A stretch of DNA of 63,872 bases, the filler included, from Saprolegnia diclina VS20 (Eukaryota): NCBI RefSeq assembly GCF_000281045.1. It is 5 parts of 2 records of this genome, joined end to end, with 100 filler letters (N's around TTAATTAATTAA, not from the genome) between each part and the next. Parts side by side here need not be neighbours in the genome. Positions count along the whole stretch, not along the records: positions 44,519 to 61,239 come from NW_008246072.1; 4 more parts are not named here. The stretch is one strand, 5' to 3'. The notes beneath the pieces were generated by a model. That model saw only the letters and a program-made list of their open reading frames with translations, ran no database searches and was not told the DNA's origin. Shown in pieces: positions 44,519-57,911 of the stretch; within the stretch, counting starts at the first letter, position 1; each line of letters opens with the position of its first letter. Made by a program: the position numbers and the translations under genes.

Positions 44519-47500
44519 CCGAGTGGTCGGGGGTGGCAGCATTGCGTGCATGTCCTTTAGCACCTCGTGGGCCTCCTTGTAGTCGCGCACGGCCTGCGCC
44601 TGGTCCTTGTAGAGCGCAAGCCCGCCATTCATCGGGTACCGGACTTCAATGTCCGCAAACGGGTCCCGGCGCTCAATGACGCCGTGAAAGTGAAGGCACG
44701 TGGGGCCGTCTGGGATCTGGAGGATGCCTTGGCTCGGGTCTCTTGCAAACGCGAGCACCGAGCTGCACTCAGGACATGCGCACGGCAAGGCGAGCGACGT
44801 CAGCGCCCACGACGGCGGACTCGGGCGCGGTAGCGTAGCCACAAAGCCCTCCAGCACCGGTACGACGGCGACGACCAAGGGCCGCAGCACGTCACGTGAC
44901 GTCGCCTTGAGAAACCACATGGCCACGACTTCAATGGCGACCGTGATGCGCTTGTCATTGGGCACTGTGCCCCAGAACGTGAGCACGGCGCTCACAACAT
45001 CGGGGCCGAGGGAGCTTTCGTGGCCGAGCTGGTGGAGTGCGGTCCACGCATCAAAGACCACGTCACGCAAAACTTGTGTGTCGTACGGCGTTTCACTAAA
45101 CGGCAGCTCAAAGACCGTGGACACTGCGCGCACAATGCTACTGGCGAGCGCCGCCGCAGTTGCCAGAGGGACCGTACAGCGCGCAAGAAAGGTCTGCAGC
45201 GTCGACAGCACAATCGAGGGCGACGCTATCGTCACAAAAAGCTCGAGATTGGACGCGAACGACGCCGTGTCGAGCAGCAGCGCCAAGCAACACGCCCACG
45301 AGCTTGGATCGTGGTCGTTGGTCAGCTTCTTGCGGCGTAGCGTCGTGTCGACCGTCGTTGCCACGAGCGTTCGATACGGCAGCAACGTCGCGGCCGGCAG
45401 CTCGTCTTGGAGGCGCACGACCGCCGCCGCCACCGCATCGATCGGGTCAAACGTCGTCGCGAGCACTTGGGTCACCAGCGGATAGAGATCCATCGGCTTG
45501 GCAAAGGACGCAACCGTTTGCAGAATGCCGACCGGAAGGCGGTCGCCGAGGAACGCACCGGCGCCGTCCGACGTGACCAAGTCGGTGGCGAGATGGGTCT
45601 CGATGCGAACAAGGTCCACAAGCAAATCGACTTCGTCGTCACCAAGGCAGTCATCTTCTTGGAGCTGGACGAGCTGGCCGAGAAGCGTGTAGTAGCAGCC
45701 TTGGATGCACTCGTACATGAACGGCTGTTCGATGGGCCGCAGCGAAGCGATGAGCGCCGCGCCCGAAACGAGGTCCTTGAGCTCGGCCGACGGCTTGGAC
45801 AAGAGCGTCGTCAGTGGCCCATACAACGGCTCCCAGCCCACGGCGCGGATCATATCGACCACGAGCGCGCACAGGGCGTCACTGGCAAACACAAAATCGA
45901 CAAGACTCATGGCCTGCCCGACCACGTGCTGCAAGAGACGGACGTTGCCAAAGCGCAGGAGGAGTCGACCGAGCGCCACGACGTCGGGCATGTTGCGGTT
46001 GTCATGGAGCAGCCCGACGTCCGTGGTGGCACCGACCATGTCGACAACGGCATCTGCAAACGACTCGATCGAGGCGTAGCCGTACAGGTCGGTGGACGCG
46101 CTCGACACGAGCGCGTCGAGCTGCGCGAGCGCCGCACGAAAGCCGAGCACGCGCAGCCGGTGGTGGCGCGGCCAAAACACAATGTACGGCGTCGGCGCGC
46201 TGGGCGACGGAAACACGCCCAGCGGCGCCGTGTGCTTGAGACGGTGCAGCAACGGCTTGTGGAGGAGCATGTCGTGATAGGCCGTTGGGAGCGCACTGGA
46301 CGAAGGCGGGAAGATGTACTCGATGATGTGCTTGGGCCCGGCTCCACCCGAAGCGGCGTCGTACAGTGACGCGTGGTCGTCCTCGTCATCGTAACCATCT
46401 TGGTCATCCTCGTCATCGTCATGGGCGTCGTCATCGTCGTCATCGTCGTCGTCGTCTTCGTCGTCTTCGTCGTCTTCGTCGTCTTCGTCGTCTTCGTCGT
46501 CTTCGTCGTCTTCGTCGTCAAGGTCATCACTGTCTTCCTCGTCGTCCGAGTCGCCGTCGTCGTTGTCGCTGCCCTCGCCGTCGAGGTCGTCCAGGAGCCC
46601 CGAGCCGTGGAGGTCGTCCAGGAGCCCCGAGCCGTGGAGCCCGCGACCACCCAAGAGGTCGAGGATCGCATTTCGGTCGTGGGCGGAAAAATCGCTGCTG
46701 TTGGTGCCATCGGTTCGGTGGCGCGTCGGCGCTGGCTCGGGTTCCTTGGCAAAGACGAGCGCCACGTCGACGCAGTTGGCAGCCAAGAGACGCTCGACGA
46801 GTTGCGTGTCGCGGACCGGGAGCTCGTCAAACTCGAGGCCTTCAAAGTCGTCGTAGTGGTCGCACAGCGGCACCGCATAGAGCGTGTGGGCTTGGCGCGT
46901 CGCCGTCATGAGCGCGTGCAGCTCGGCGTATTGCGCCGAGAGGTCCATCGGGCGCGTCCGGTGCGGCTGCGTCAGGTCGGCGTAGACGAGATCGAAGACA
47001 AGCATGACGCGCGTGCCTTTCGTGATCGGCGTCATGGCGACCGTGCAATCGTTGTAGTAGGCAAAGTAGCTCGTCGCCTCGAGCGAGTTTGTCGCGGTCG
47101 ATGCGTCGAGCGTCGCGGTCACGTCGCCGCCCGTCGCGTTCGACGTGTGGACCAGCAGGAGCGTGCCAAACGACCCCTTGGAACGGGCAAGCGGCGTCGT
47201 CGGCGGCGTGACGTCGGCGCGCTGGATCGCAATGTGCGAGAGCGCGAGGTGGAAGGGACCCGAGGGCTTGAGCACTGCGCCAACGCCTCGGTGCACGTCC
47301 TCTTTCTCGTACGGCTCGTTGTACATGTCGTAGCAGAACTTGAACTTGTCCTTTGGCAGCACGCCGGTGGGGTAGACGGCCAAGACGGCGGCGAGGTCCG
47401 AGGCGGCAGCGGCTGACATGCCATCGATGGCGATGCGCAGGTCGACGCCGTGGATGAGCAAGCCGTCGGCGGTGGCCGCCGACCGCAGCAGCGCGACAGC

Positions 47501-47521
47501 GTTGTCCAGCTTGGACCGCAT
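44519..47521 (-). CDS. Large protein with degenerate 2OG-Fe(II) oxygenase-like N-terminal domain, acidic tract and helical C-terminal region; runs into the gap
   Basis: ~1000-aa ORF. SFGTLLLVHTSNATGGDV...YFAYYNDCTVAMTPITKGTRVMLVFDLVY resembles a DSBH 2OG-oxygenase core. The C-terminal region has LPCACPEC..C.H. Confidence 0.75.
46427..46519. repeat. Coding microsatellite (TCGTCTTCG)n / (TCG)n encoding poly-(DDE)/poly-D
   Basis: Read directly. A nearby 27-bp duplication (~46583-46638) encodes LHGSGLLDD twice. Confidence 0.92.
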
Positions 47522-49281
47522 GTGGGAGTGCACAAAACCGGATGATGGATGGTGTATCCGGATAACTGCGGAAGATCTCAACATCGCTGCAACGCGCCAA
47601 ATTCAATCTCAACTCTTATATTCATGTCTAGTCGGCTCTCAAACCACTGGGCCAGGGACAAGGCGCTGTGATTCATGGCTGGTGATCGTCCTACGGGAAG
47701 ACCGTTGTTATGGGACTGGACAGGAACCCGTGCAGTACTAGTAGTTCTAGTTCACTTTCCTAGTTGCAGTCTAGTACACATGTCGATGTTCACGGAGGAC
47801 GACCTCCCCTCCTACGTGTTTGCGTTGATCGACAGTCATCCGGTCGCAGTCACATGGATCTGGAGGTCTTTTCGTGCGATGACGGGCGCATGGATCGTGT
47901 GGCAATGACGAGCTTGCGCAGACGAGGCAGCACCCCGGCATCGGAGCGACAGTCTTGTCGAGGGAGCGATCATGCGGTGACTTCAATGAAGTAGGTCGTC
48001 TGACATCGTCCACTCATTCGCGCGTGCGTCTTGCGATTTGCCACGCCCTTGCTTTGAGTCGACTTCACGGCGCGGGTTGGGGACCTCAGCGATTGGTGTC
48101 GAGTGACGCCCGAGCCGAGGGCGGTTAGGCGAGCAATGACGCGTGGACCGCCTTGCGCGTTCCACGTCGTGACAGCAAGCGCGAGTGCGACTCACTACGC
48201 CAAGAGGTCATGCGACTTCTTGTAGTCTAGCGGTCTGGACACTAGTTTACCACCAGGTAGGTCCGGGTTTAAGTCCCGGAGCGACCCCACTTTTTGATTC
48301 AGCGCGATCTCGTCTGCGTGCGACTGCTCGTCATGAAGTACCGTCATCGCCACTATATTTCGTGTCGGCTGGGCGCTGCAGACAAGGTGTTCTGCTCTGT
48401 ACGACGTGTGACGCAGAGCCGATGGAGGGACTACTCTAGGCGTGTCTGCAAATGCGCCAAAGTGCTGCGCTGGTATCCGATATCTCTCGCGCACCAGTGT
48501 AACCTGCTCGTCACCTTGTACACCTAGTGCACTCAGAACATGATTATTGCTTCCTACTAGTAGTTCTGCACAATCCGGAATTGTCCTATTTCCAGATCCA
48601 GCCCACCAGACGGTTCTTCCCACGTCATGGCTCGCACCAGCGTTTTTCGAATTCTCCCACCGGTATTTGCACTGGAGCGTCGGTTCAAGTTCTCCTCTTC
48701 CTCTTTCTCCACAAGCGACTCGAATGATTCGTACATTTCGCCCAAGACTATACTTTAGTATCATTTCACACTAAACTGGAAGCAGATAAGCCCGGAGCCA
48801 TGTGCTGGTATGACCATACCGGAAGCTAGACTGGACCTCGTCTGATGGCGCCAGAAACTCTGACAGAAGCTATCGGTACCACAGACACACAATGTGTTAC
48901 GTGATCGATACCAACGCAGATAAAAGATGCAGTTGTAGACTATCTGCGTTGCCATCAGAAAGGACGCTTCGTCTTCGCGCTTCGAGTGCCCAGTTGAACT
49001 TGTACTGCACTCTAGTTGAACTAATATTGCACTCAAAGCAAGAAGCAGCGTCCCTTCTTTCGAGGCGTGTAGTACACAGTCAAGGTACGGATTTGTCGTC
49101 AGCGATTCGCGCCCTACCGGTACGCAACCGGTCCGTCGCTCCGTAAACAGGATCGGGTCACACCCGCCGTCGCAACCAGTTTTGTTTCGTCGGCGCGCCG
49201 AAATACGCATAATAAAAACAGCTGTTTCGGCCCAATCAGTATCCAAGCTGCCAATCGTTGGGCGCCATTTCCAAAAACACC

Positions 49282-50799
49282 ATGGCCTGTGACAAGCGAC
49301 CGCGCGGCGCCGCGTCGGGCGGGCTCATCCCGGCCATGGCGCTCGAGATCGTCCACTACATGGACGACCCAGAGGATGTCATCCGCTTCCTCTCTGCGCT
49401 GCCACCGTGTGTGCGCGGCGAGGCTCTCTCGGCGCTCGCTGCGCTCCTCGCGCACGGCCACCACAGCGCGCTCTGGCCTGTCTTGCACCTCGACGACCTC
49501 GACGGAGTCTGCATGGCGACGCTCACGCGCGCGCTCCCGGCCTTCCACACGATCTACCTCTTTGAAGGCGCGCGGTGGGCACTCTGCCATACGACGATGT
49601 TGCCGCCGACGACGCGCGTCTATGCGTGGCTCGACGATGCCTACCGCGCCAGCGATAACGTGTGCAACTGGGCCCGCAACGTCGTGGCCTTGAGCATCGA
49701 GACGCCCGAGTTTCTTCGGGATCCGAATCTGCTCGGGCGCGCGCTCACCGCCTGCACGAGCCTTCGCGCATTGACGCTGCAGTGGCAAAACGTCGATCAG
49801 ACACTGCTCGACCAGACCTTGGCCATGGTCGTCACGACGCGTCCGGAGCTCCAAAGGCTGCACCTCAAGACAGAAAATACGCCGCTGCTCGAAAATGCCG
49901 CGAGTTTGGTGCGCTGGCTGCGTCTTCCCAATGCAACGACGTTCAAGCTCACGCGCCTCGACTTGGTCGGTGCCGCCGCCGCGACGCTGGCGGCAGCGCT
50001 GCTAGCATCCTCGACACTGACAACGATCAAGCTCGAGCATGCACCATGCCTCGCGCGGCTTCTCCTTGACCCGGCGCTGCCACCGCTACCGCGCCAATTG
50101 CACAAGCTTACACTGCGGTACCGAGGTCTCTCGGCAAACGTATCGGCTGTCGCGGCCAAGGTCGCCACGTCCCGTCTCACGAGCCTCGCGTTGAGTGCAT
50201 TTGTGCCGTGCAACTTTATGGCGATCGTCGCCGCCTTGCCACACGTGCATGCGATCACGAAGGTCAAGCTCACGGGCGCCGACCTCGTTGCATTTCCGTT
50301 GCTACCGCAGCTGCGCCGCCTCGCACTGCACAAGTGTGTGCTTTCCGCGGCAGCGGCGCAGGACCTAGCGACTCTCTTGACGTCGTCGACGCGGCTTGAA
50401 ACGCTGGACCTCTCGGAGTCGCTCTTGCCAGATGCGCACGCACGGTGCTTGCTGCGTGCGGTCCCGCGCTGGTGTAGCCAACGTGGCCCGTTCCGACTTT
50501 TGCGACTCTGCCACACAGCACTCTCCGATGAGAGCGCGGCGGTGCTGGCGACGGCGCTGGCGACGACGCGCAACACGAGTGCCGTGTGGATCGACGTCAG
50601 CGGCAATGTGCTATCGGCGGCATCGTGCTGCGGGTTGTTGACGGCGCTGAGTGCGACGACGCGGATGACGCTCATGCTCTACAACGCCGGCCCGTCGATC
50701 GAAGACTTGGCGGCCCACGCGCAGACTCATGGCGTTAAGAGCGCCAGGGCCTTGACGTTTACATCACCACCGCCCGAGGAGAACCCGTGGACAACATAG
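49282..50799 (+). CDS. F-box-like + LRR/RNI-like family protein, intact divergent member
   Basis: LIPAMALEIVHYMDDPEDVIRFL..LWP; LxxLxL repeats; PPLPRQL, VPRWCSQR, ALSATTRM, FTSP..PW. Confidence 0.78.
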   Translation: MACDKRPRGAASGGLIPAMALEIVHYMDDPEDVIRFLSALPPCVRGEALSALAALLAHGHHSALWPVLHLDDLDGVCMATLTRALPAFHTIYLFEGARWALCHTTMLPPTTRVYAWLDDAYRASDNVCNWARNVVALSIETPEFLRDPNLLGRALTACTSLRALTLQWQNVDQTLLDQTLAMVVTTRPELQRLHLKTENTPLLENAASLVRWLRLPNATTFKLTRLDLVGAAAATLAAALLASSTLTTIKLEHAPCLARLLLDPALPPLPRQLHKLTLRYRGLSANVSAVAAKVATSRLTSLALSAFVPCNFMAIVAALPHVHAITKVKLTGADLVAFPLLPQLRRLALHKCVLSAAAAQDLATLLTSSTRLETLDLSESLLPDAHARCLLRAVPRWCSQRGPFRLLRLCHTALSDESAAVLATALATTRNTSAVWIDVSGNVLSAASCCGLLTALSATTRMTLMLYNAGPSIEDLAAHAQTHGVKSARALTFTSPPPEENPWTT

Positions 50800-50998
50800 T
50801 CGTTGGTTTTGAATTGTAGAGTAGTCTTAACCTATACAGCTCGGCAAGTAACATCGCGTTCGTGCTCGGTGTAGCGTTCAAAATGTTGAAGAAAATCTCA
50901 AAATGGACGGACTGCAGAAGAAACTGCCGCGTTGCAGGCGTGAGTGAGCCCATGGAAAGTCATCTTGCTGACGCTGGCACAGAGAGTCCAAACCAAGC

Positions 50999-51637
50999 CA
51001 GATGCATCGCCGGCGACCATTCACACCCTGGATCTTCGCTTTCTTGAGTCGCGGGACATCTCGCCCATCATGGCCACCTTGCCGCAGACATTGAGAAAGC
51101 TGTGCCTCTCGAGTGCCACGATGTCGACCTTCCCGACGCTACCAAAGCTCGAGAAGCTCGACCTGTGGACAGTAGCCTTGACGAGCGACGCTTTTGCAAG
51201 TTTGTCGGCGCAGCTCGCAGCTTCAGACTCGCTCGTCCGGCTCAAACTCGCAGAGGCAAACTTACCCAAGGACCAGCTTGAGACGATCCTGTACACGCTG
51301 CCACGTGTCCTAAGTCGCCAGAAACAAGTGTGCTGCGTGCACCTTTCCGTTTCGATCGAGACCGAGATGCTCGTGACCGCCGTACTGTTCCTCACGCGAA
51401 ACACACGGTATGTGTGGCTGGACCTAACGGCCGACGACTCGCTCGACCTGGCAATGTCCCAGCGCCTCCTGGCAGCCCTTGGTGCAAACGACACGCATGA
51501 AATTGACAATTACGAGCCACGACACGCCACATTTGGACGCAGAAGAGCTGGAGACATATGCTGCGTTACACGGTATCGAGTACTTTGGCGAGTGGTTCCA
51601 CTCGCCACGCCGCACGCCGTGGCTGGCGCCAGCGTAG
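50999..51637 (+). pseudogene. 5'-truncated, frameshifted member of the LRR-like family
   Basis: C-terminal half only, very similar to 61040-61239 (RDISPIM.TLP.T.RKL; SDAFASLSAQL). Frameshift near 51487. Confidence 0.72.
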
Positions 51638-51859
51638 TCGTCAGGACACAATACTAGTACATTTTCTAAGTCTCTTGCATAGCTTTGTTTAAAGCAGGAC
51701 GGTGGGCAAGAGAGTGAATGCGGTGAGGCAATGTCGTCAATGCGAGAGGATTTTGGTCATGTATGTTTTCGAACTAACGAGGTGACTACATCCTTCGATG
51801 GCAGCAAATCGTCGTCGGCGCTACATGTGTTCGCTCAACGCGCGAGCACACGCCGCTGG

Positions 51860-52000
51860 ACGGCTGCGCCTTTCAGCGAGAGCTCGTGCACAAAGCTTCC
51901 GGCGCTCCATATCAAATGGGACAACGAAATGGTCGACCAAGGGACGCTGTTATGGCGGTCATCGCTGTATTGCGGCCACACGATTCGTATCTGCGCCTCT
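51860..52000 (+). pseudogene. Small decayed fragment of the LRR-like family
   Basis: CTKLPALHIKWDNEMVDQ..VMAVIA aligns with CPKLEGLNVQWDDVVDQ..VMAAVA of the copy at 60135. Confidence 0.45.
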
Positions 52001-52569
52001 CTTCCGAGACAAAGGCCACGCTGCGAACATCTTGTCGCATGACTCACGCCACCATCGACGCGACGCCACCGCCCCAGCCTCGGGGAAGGAGTGGCGAGTT
52101 GCTTAACGGGAGCTGACATCTGAATGGAGAGGAGAGTGGTTGCGCAGCACCACTCTCGGAATGATCGTTTCGGCTCCTTGCGTTGCAAAACACTCATTTC
52201 CAGTGCGCTGTATATCAAGGCATTGAAGACCTTCTTCTCCAGACAGCATGCTGCGCTGTAGCAGCACAGTTTTGCCATTTTGCCCACATTCTTTTGATTC
52301 GCCAAAATCGAGCGAATTTGAACAAGATATTGCAATAACCGGACATCATTGGCTATTTATAGGCCAATCCGTAGCGAGGCAGCCTCAATGTGCTGGCAAC
52401 ACGACAGCTACAAGGTCCGCTACGCGACACAGAGCAGTACTGTGAACGCGCTCTGTATCTCGATCGACTACAATAGACTGCTTTCAACTACGCATGGACA
52501 CAACAACACGATGGATTGAGAGCGATGGTCGTTTCAACATGTCTTGACGTTCCAGTGCTACAGTTGACA

Positions 52570-54230
52570 CTGCGGCCACGAGACCCGAGGCGAAGCGAAT
52601 GCAGACTGACGCGGCGTCCTGGCTGCTGCCACCCATCGTGCAGCAGGTCGTTCACGGCTTGGATACGACGGAAGACGTCATGGCCTTTCTCGACGCGGTG
52701 CCCAGCGGCGCCCGTGACGAGCCTCTGGACGCGCTGATGACGCTCTTGGAGCAGAAACCTCATCTCTGGCCGGAGACGAATATGGACGACTTGACATATA
52801 TGGACATCTCGACGGTGACCAAGGCGCTTCTAGCAGTCCGCATGCTACAGGTCTTTGAGAAGCCTGTCGTCGTCGCCTTTGCCAGCGCGTTCAGCTCTTG
52901 CCATCGACCAACGTCCGCGCCATCATCGGCGACGACACGCGGAGCCTCGAATCCAAGTTTGGTCACTGGTCATCGAGCATTGCCAAGCTCAACTTTTACC
53001 TCCAAGATACTACTTGTATGTTGGACGGCATCAACCTGCAGAAGCAGTGTGGGGTCACGAGCTCCAAATGCACTTGGTCCTTCGAGAGCGGGCGGCGGAG
53101 CGAGGTTGGCACCGACACGTGAGCCCAAGACAGTATGTTGAGAACTAGTATGCAGAGAATGAAAGGCTCCCCGGCCCTAACTGCCAATGGGAGGATTGAG
53201 TAGCTTGAAGAACTGTGGGGCAGAATGTTTGTGGTCTTGCTTGGGCTTGATGTGGATCTGGCGGATCTGGCGGGAAACCAGCGTAGCGCTACAGCGGCTC
53301 GTCGCGTGCCTGAGGCTCCAGACGCTCGATTTCGAGTGGGAAAAAGAATTTGATGTCGATCCGCTGGGCGGCATCCTGTCAGTAATCGCCGCCTCGGACC
53401 CCTACCTCACCGATTTACGTCTCAATGCGAGGGTCCGTTTCGACATTGAAAGCTGCAAGAGCCTCGTTGCGTGGGTCAACAAACCATCGTCTCTGCGACT
53501 TTAGCTCCGATGCATGCACTTTTCGGCAGGCGCCGCCGAGGCTTTGGCTTACGCACTGCTCGCATCCAGCACGTTGCATACGATCAAGCTCGTGTTCCCA
53601 ACTTGTAATCTCCTTGATGCGTTCCTGGATGTCTCGTCTCGACCGCTACCGCGCCAGCTGCGCAAATTGACGCTGGGTTTTACTGGCGACTGGAACGACA
53701 CGAAATCTCTCGCCGCCAAGCTTGCGCTCTCGAGCGTCAAACGCTTAAACCTTACTTTTTGTCAACCCCGCGCCATGACGCGTGTCCTTGCTGCCTAGGC
53801 ACCACCGGCTTTGAGGACGCTCAAGCTTCACGGCGTCACGATCAAAAGCTGCAAGCGCTCCAGCACCTCAAATTGTGCGAAATGATTATGACAAATGACG
53901 CTGTCGCTGGTCTTGCTGCGTTACTTGGTGCCTCGACATAAGTTGTCCGACTCGACTTGAAAGGCTTCAAGTTGCCCGCCATCCAACTCCGTACCCTCCT
54001 TATTGCGCTGCCGCGCTGCCTCAGTCGTCAGAAACGCATGTGCATCGTGCGTCTCTCCTTGACGAACGCGACGGCCATGCTGCTTGCAGCCGCCATGGTG
54101 AAGACGCGCAATCGCAGCTTGTGCAGCTTGAGCTGAGCGGCGACGACGTCTCGCTTCATCTTCCAGCGCGTTTGGGTCTCTTGACCGCGCTTGGCGCCAC
54201 GTCGCTGATGGGAATGCAGTGGACGAGGAC
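52570..54230 (+). pseudogene. LRR-like family pseudogene (frameshifts, stops, internal insertion)
   Basis: WLLPPIVQQVV..EDVMAFLDAVP..HLWP N-terminus; in-frame stops near 53502, 53796 and 53939; unrelated segment ~53047-53290. Confidence 0.8.
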
Positions 54231-54284
54231 CCGGACGCAACCCAACGACCACGAGGAGACACAAAAGCCCAGCAAGGCGCACCA

Positions 54285-55243
54285 CATGGCGGCCATCACC
54301 GCCTCGTGCCCGATCTTGACCGCTTCCACTTCGATGCCGACATTGGGCCGGACGTGCCAAGCTGCGACGCGCTTGTCGCGTGGCTCAAGCGAACCAAAGC
54401 GCGGCATTTTGTGCTCCGTCACGTGGACTTTTCACGCGAGGCTGCCAAAGCCTTGGCAACACGCGCTGCGTACGACATCAACACTCGGAACGACCAAGCT
54501 CGCGTTCGCATCGAGCGTCCTGGACGCGCTTCTCGATCCGTCGTCGCCACCAGTGCCTCGCCAGCTCCACACCTTGACGCTATCGCCGCGGGACACGTGG
54601 GTCGACGAGACGTATGCCAGCGACAAGCTGGCGTCGTCGGCGGTCTCGCGCATGACGCTTGGCTACGAAGACTGCGACGTGACGCCGATCATGACGGCGT
54701 TACCGCCAACACTGTTGTACCTCAAGGTCAACTATGCCACGATGACGCGCTTCCCGCTGCTGCCAAAACTCCAGCACCTCAAGCTGGAAGGTGTGACGTT
54801 GACCTCGAACGCCGTGGCTTGCCTCTTCGCCTTCGCTTCTCCGACTCGACCTGAACCATTTGGCGCTGCCCGACGACCAGCTCCAAAGCATTCTCGATAT
54901 ACTCCCGCCCTGGCTAAGTCGCCAGAAAAGTATGTGCTGCGTGCGTCTCGCAGTCACAGAGGCGACGGCGATGGTCCTCGCACGCACAATCGTCGAGACA
55001 CGCAACACCCACGAGGTTCGCTTGGAGCTGCGCGGCAGACTCGAGTTGGTAACGTACAAACACTTCGTGGCAGCTCTTGGCGCCACGTCGCGCATGCAAT
55101 TGCGCTTTGCAAAAGACACGACACAAGGCTACTGGCTGGAAAACCTGCAAGAGCACGCCACTTTGCACAACATACACTACGCACAACACTGGTTCTCGTT
55201 CCCAGATAGCACGCCATCAATGTCGCTCGCATTGGCCCGTTAA
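54285..55243 (+). pseudogene. LRR-like family pseudogene, 5'-truncated
   Basis: MAAITASCP, PPVPRQL, LPPWLSRQ and ALGATSRM are spread over several frames. Confidence 0.78.
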
Positions 55244-55639
55244 ATCCTACGTGATGAATACACTTCGTTAGCGATACATTTTCTATCAGCTTTGTCCGTT
55301 TTGCTTGCTGAACGCGAAGCTCTTGGAGACTCTAAGAGCTTAGCGTTCTTATTTCTCAGCACTCTAAGTTAGCGTGCTGAGAATCAAGTATGAATCGACG
55401 CCCGTCAGCCTGTCAGCCTCGCCGTGAACGAGACCAAAATGCAGCATAGCAATGCTACCAGCAATGCAGCTGGAGCCTTGTAGCAGGAAGATACACTTCA
55501 TCGAATGTGTTACACCATTGCATCCATCGATCTGTCATTTCAATCAAGTGTTTTTTGTTCTACTTCGCTTGCTCGTCCTTCTCGCACGGAGCATCTTGAC
55601 GCCCTGGAAAAGTATCGATACCAACGACAGATCGTCGAC

Positions 55640-57175
55640 GACGGCGGCAGCAAACGCAAAGCAACCGCGGGTAACGACAAAGCTGTTTCGATGCCACCGC
55701 CTTTGGTCACAATATCGTCCACAGTTATCACGCGGTCGACGATGTCGTGGCCTATCTCCACGCCCTGCCTCGCGAGAATCGCGACAAGTCTCTCCATGTA
55801 CTCCTGACGCTCTTGGGAGACACGGATGTGCTCGACGTGTTGATCATGGACGTGTCGACCGTGACGACGGCGCTTCCAGCGCTTAGCATGGTCTTGGCCA
55901 ACGACGAGCCTCCCCGTCATCCGCTTTTGTCGCATCCGGTCCTTGGCGACAACGACACGCGCCCGTACCGTCATTGAAGACGTGAGCCGAGCTTTGGCAA
56001 TTGGCTCGCCAACATCACCGAGCTGGCCATCTACGCTGCGAGCTCGCCGCTGGACACATACGGCCTGCCGCACGAGCTCGCCGCATGTGGGAACCTCAAA
56101 ACGCTCGGCATCGAGTGGGACAATCCCATGGATCAAACGCAGGTGGACTGCGTCATGACTGCCATCGGCGCCACTTGTCCCGATCTCTGCGAGCTGCGGC
56201 TCAACGCAAACGTAATGTCCAATCTCAAGAGCTGCGAGAGCCTTGTCAAGTGGCTAACACGGCCGCATGCGTGCAGGATCGAGATCAAACGCATCGACTT
56301 TGCAATGGCCGCTGCCAAGACGTTGGTGCATACGCTGCAGACGTCGACGACGTTGCACACGATCAACGATCAAGCTCGTCGACATCGCTAACGTCCGCAA
56401 CGCATTTTCATCCATTGTTCCCGCCGCTGCGTCGCCAGCTGCGCAATCTCATCGTGGATTACGGCAACCAATGGAACAATTGCCGGGGCTCGCGGCCAAG
56501 CTCGCGTCCTCGACGCTAGAGAGCTTCCATCTTTGCTCTTGGGGGCAACAAAAGATTGCGTCGCCCACCATGGCTGCCTTGCCGTCCAGCTTGAAATCGC
56601 TCAAGCTCAGCAACGTCATGACGGCGAACTTCCCGCAACTGCCCGAGCTCCAGCGCCTCCGACTGCGCACCGTCCACTTGTCCAAGAACGCTCTCGCCGG
56701 TCTCAACGATATGCTGACGTCCTCGAAAAGGCTCGTGCGGCTCGACCTTCCATCGTCAATGTTGTCGGCGGCCCAACTGGAAGCGATCCTGTACGTGCTG
56801 CCGCGCTGGCTCGGTCGCCAAGAACGTCAGTGCTTTGTGGGTCTTGGCATGAACGAGTCGTGCGAGCCGTTTATTGCAGCCGCCATGACTAAGACGCACA
56901 AAACGCAACCCGTTGAGTGCTTGCTGGGTGGTGTCGGCCCGACGCTGGATTTCGTCGACACGCAGCGCCGCCTCGTGATAGCCCTTGGCACGACGTCGCG
57001 GATGAAGGTGAAGTTTGTGACGATGCCACGTCCCAACGACGAAACAAACCTCCAGGCGTACGCAACGGCGCACCAGATGCAGTACTCGGTGGGGTATTAC
57101 CGGTCGCCTCTCAACTCGCCGTGGATGGCAATTGCATCGGCTCATTGTACATATATTCCGAAAATAACGCGGTGA
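55640..57175 (+). pseudogene. LRR-like family pseudogene with multiple frameshifts
   Basis: MPPPLVTISSTV..DVVAYLHALP, MDQTQVDCVMTAIGATCP, PPLRRQLR, LPRWLGRQ and ALGTTSRM are split between frames. Confidence 0.78.
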
Positions 57176-57911
57176 TGTGCACGGACGGATCGACTAAGGT
57201 TATCCGCCGGTGCGTTGTGAGCCGTTGGAACGCAACGGCCCGAGCGTGCAACGATCATTCGAATTACGGATAAGCAGGAGTTTCGCCCTGGTGGGGCAGG
57301 CTCCTGGCATAATTCAGTTCTTATCTTGCTTTCTGGTGCACGCGTGCGAAGGCCGCTCGTGGTGCCAGGACTGGAACCATCTCGCAAGGCGCGGGGAAGA
57401 CATCACGCGGTATGAGAGACACCCAGCATCGTTTGGCACGTCTGCAAAGCCACAACGCCAAGGAGGATATATTCTACGATAGTACTGCGCAGTACGGTCA
57501 GAAAGTACAGAAAACGAGTCTCGAGAGCTTCGTTTAAATGTACCAGCCTACAGCATGGCATGGCGCAACACCATCATTGCGATTGGTTGATGTCTTGGTC
57601 GTGGTAGGGCAAGTGCAAAGTCGCTCCCGACCACCTCTTGATATGGCGTCGACTTTCCTCCTGGCGCCGCCATCAACAAGGGAATTTTCCCTTGACCATC
57701 GGCATCCCAATGCCAGCATCCATTGCTTTTTACCAGATTTACTAATTCACTCATTCTATCACTCTATTGTTCCATCGTATCTTTTCATTAAAATTATTAT
57801 CCGGAATATGCTGGTTTTACTGATGCAATCGTCCGGATAAAGGCAGAGCCCCGAATATTGCGAAATGGCCTTCAAGCGATTCGCAGTCCCACATCACGTT
57901 TCAGAGTCAAA

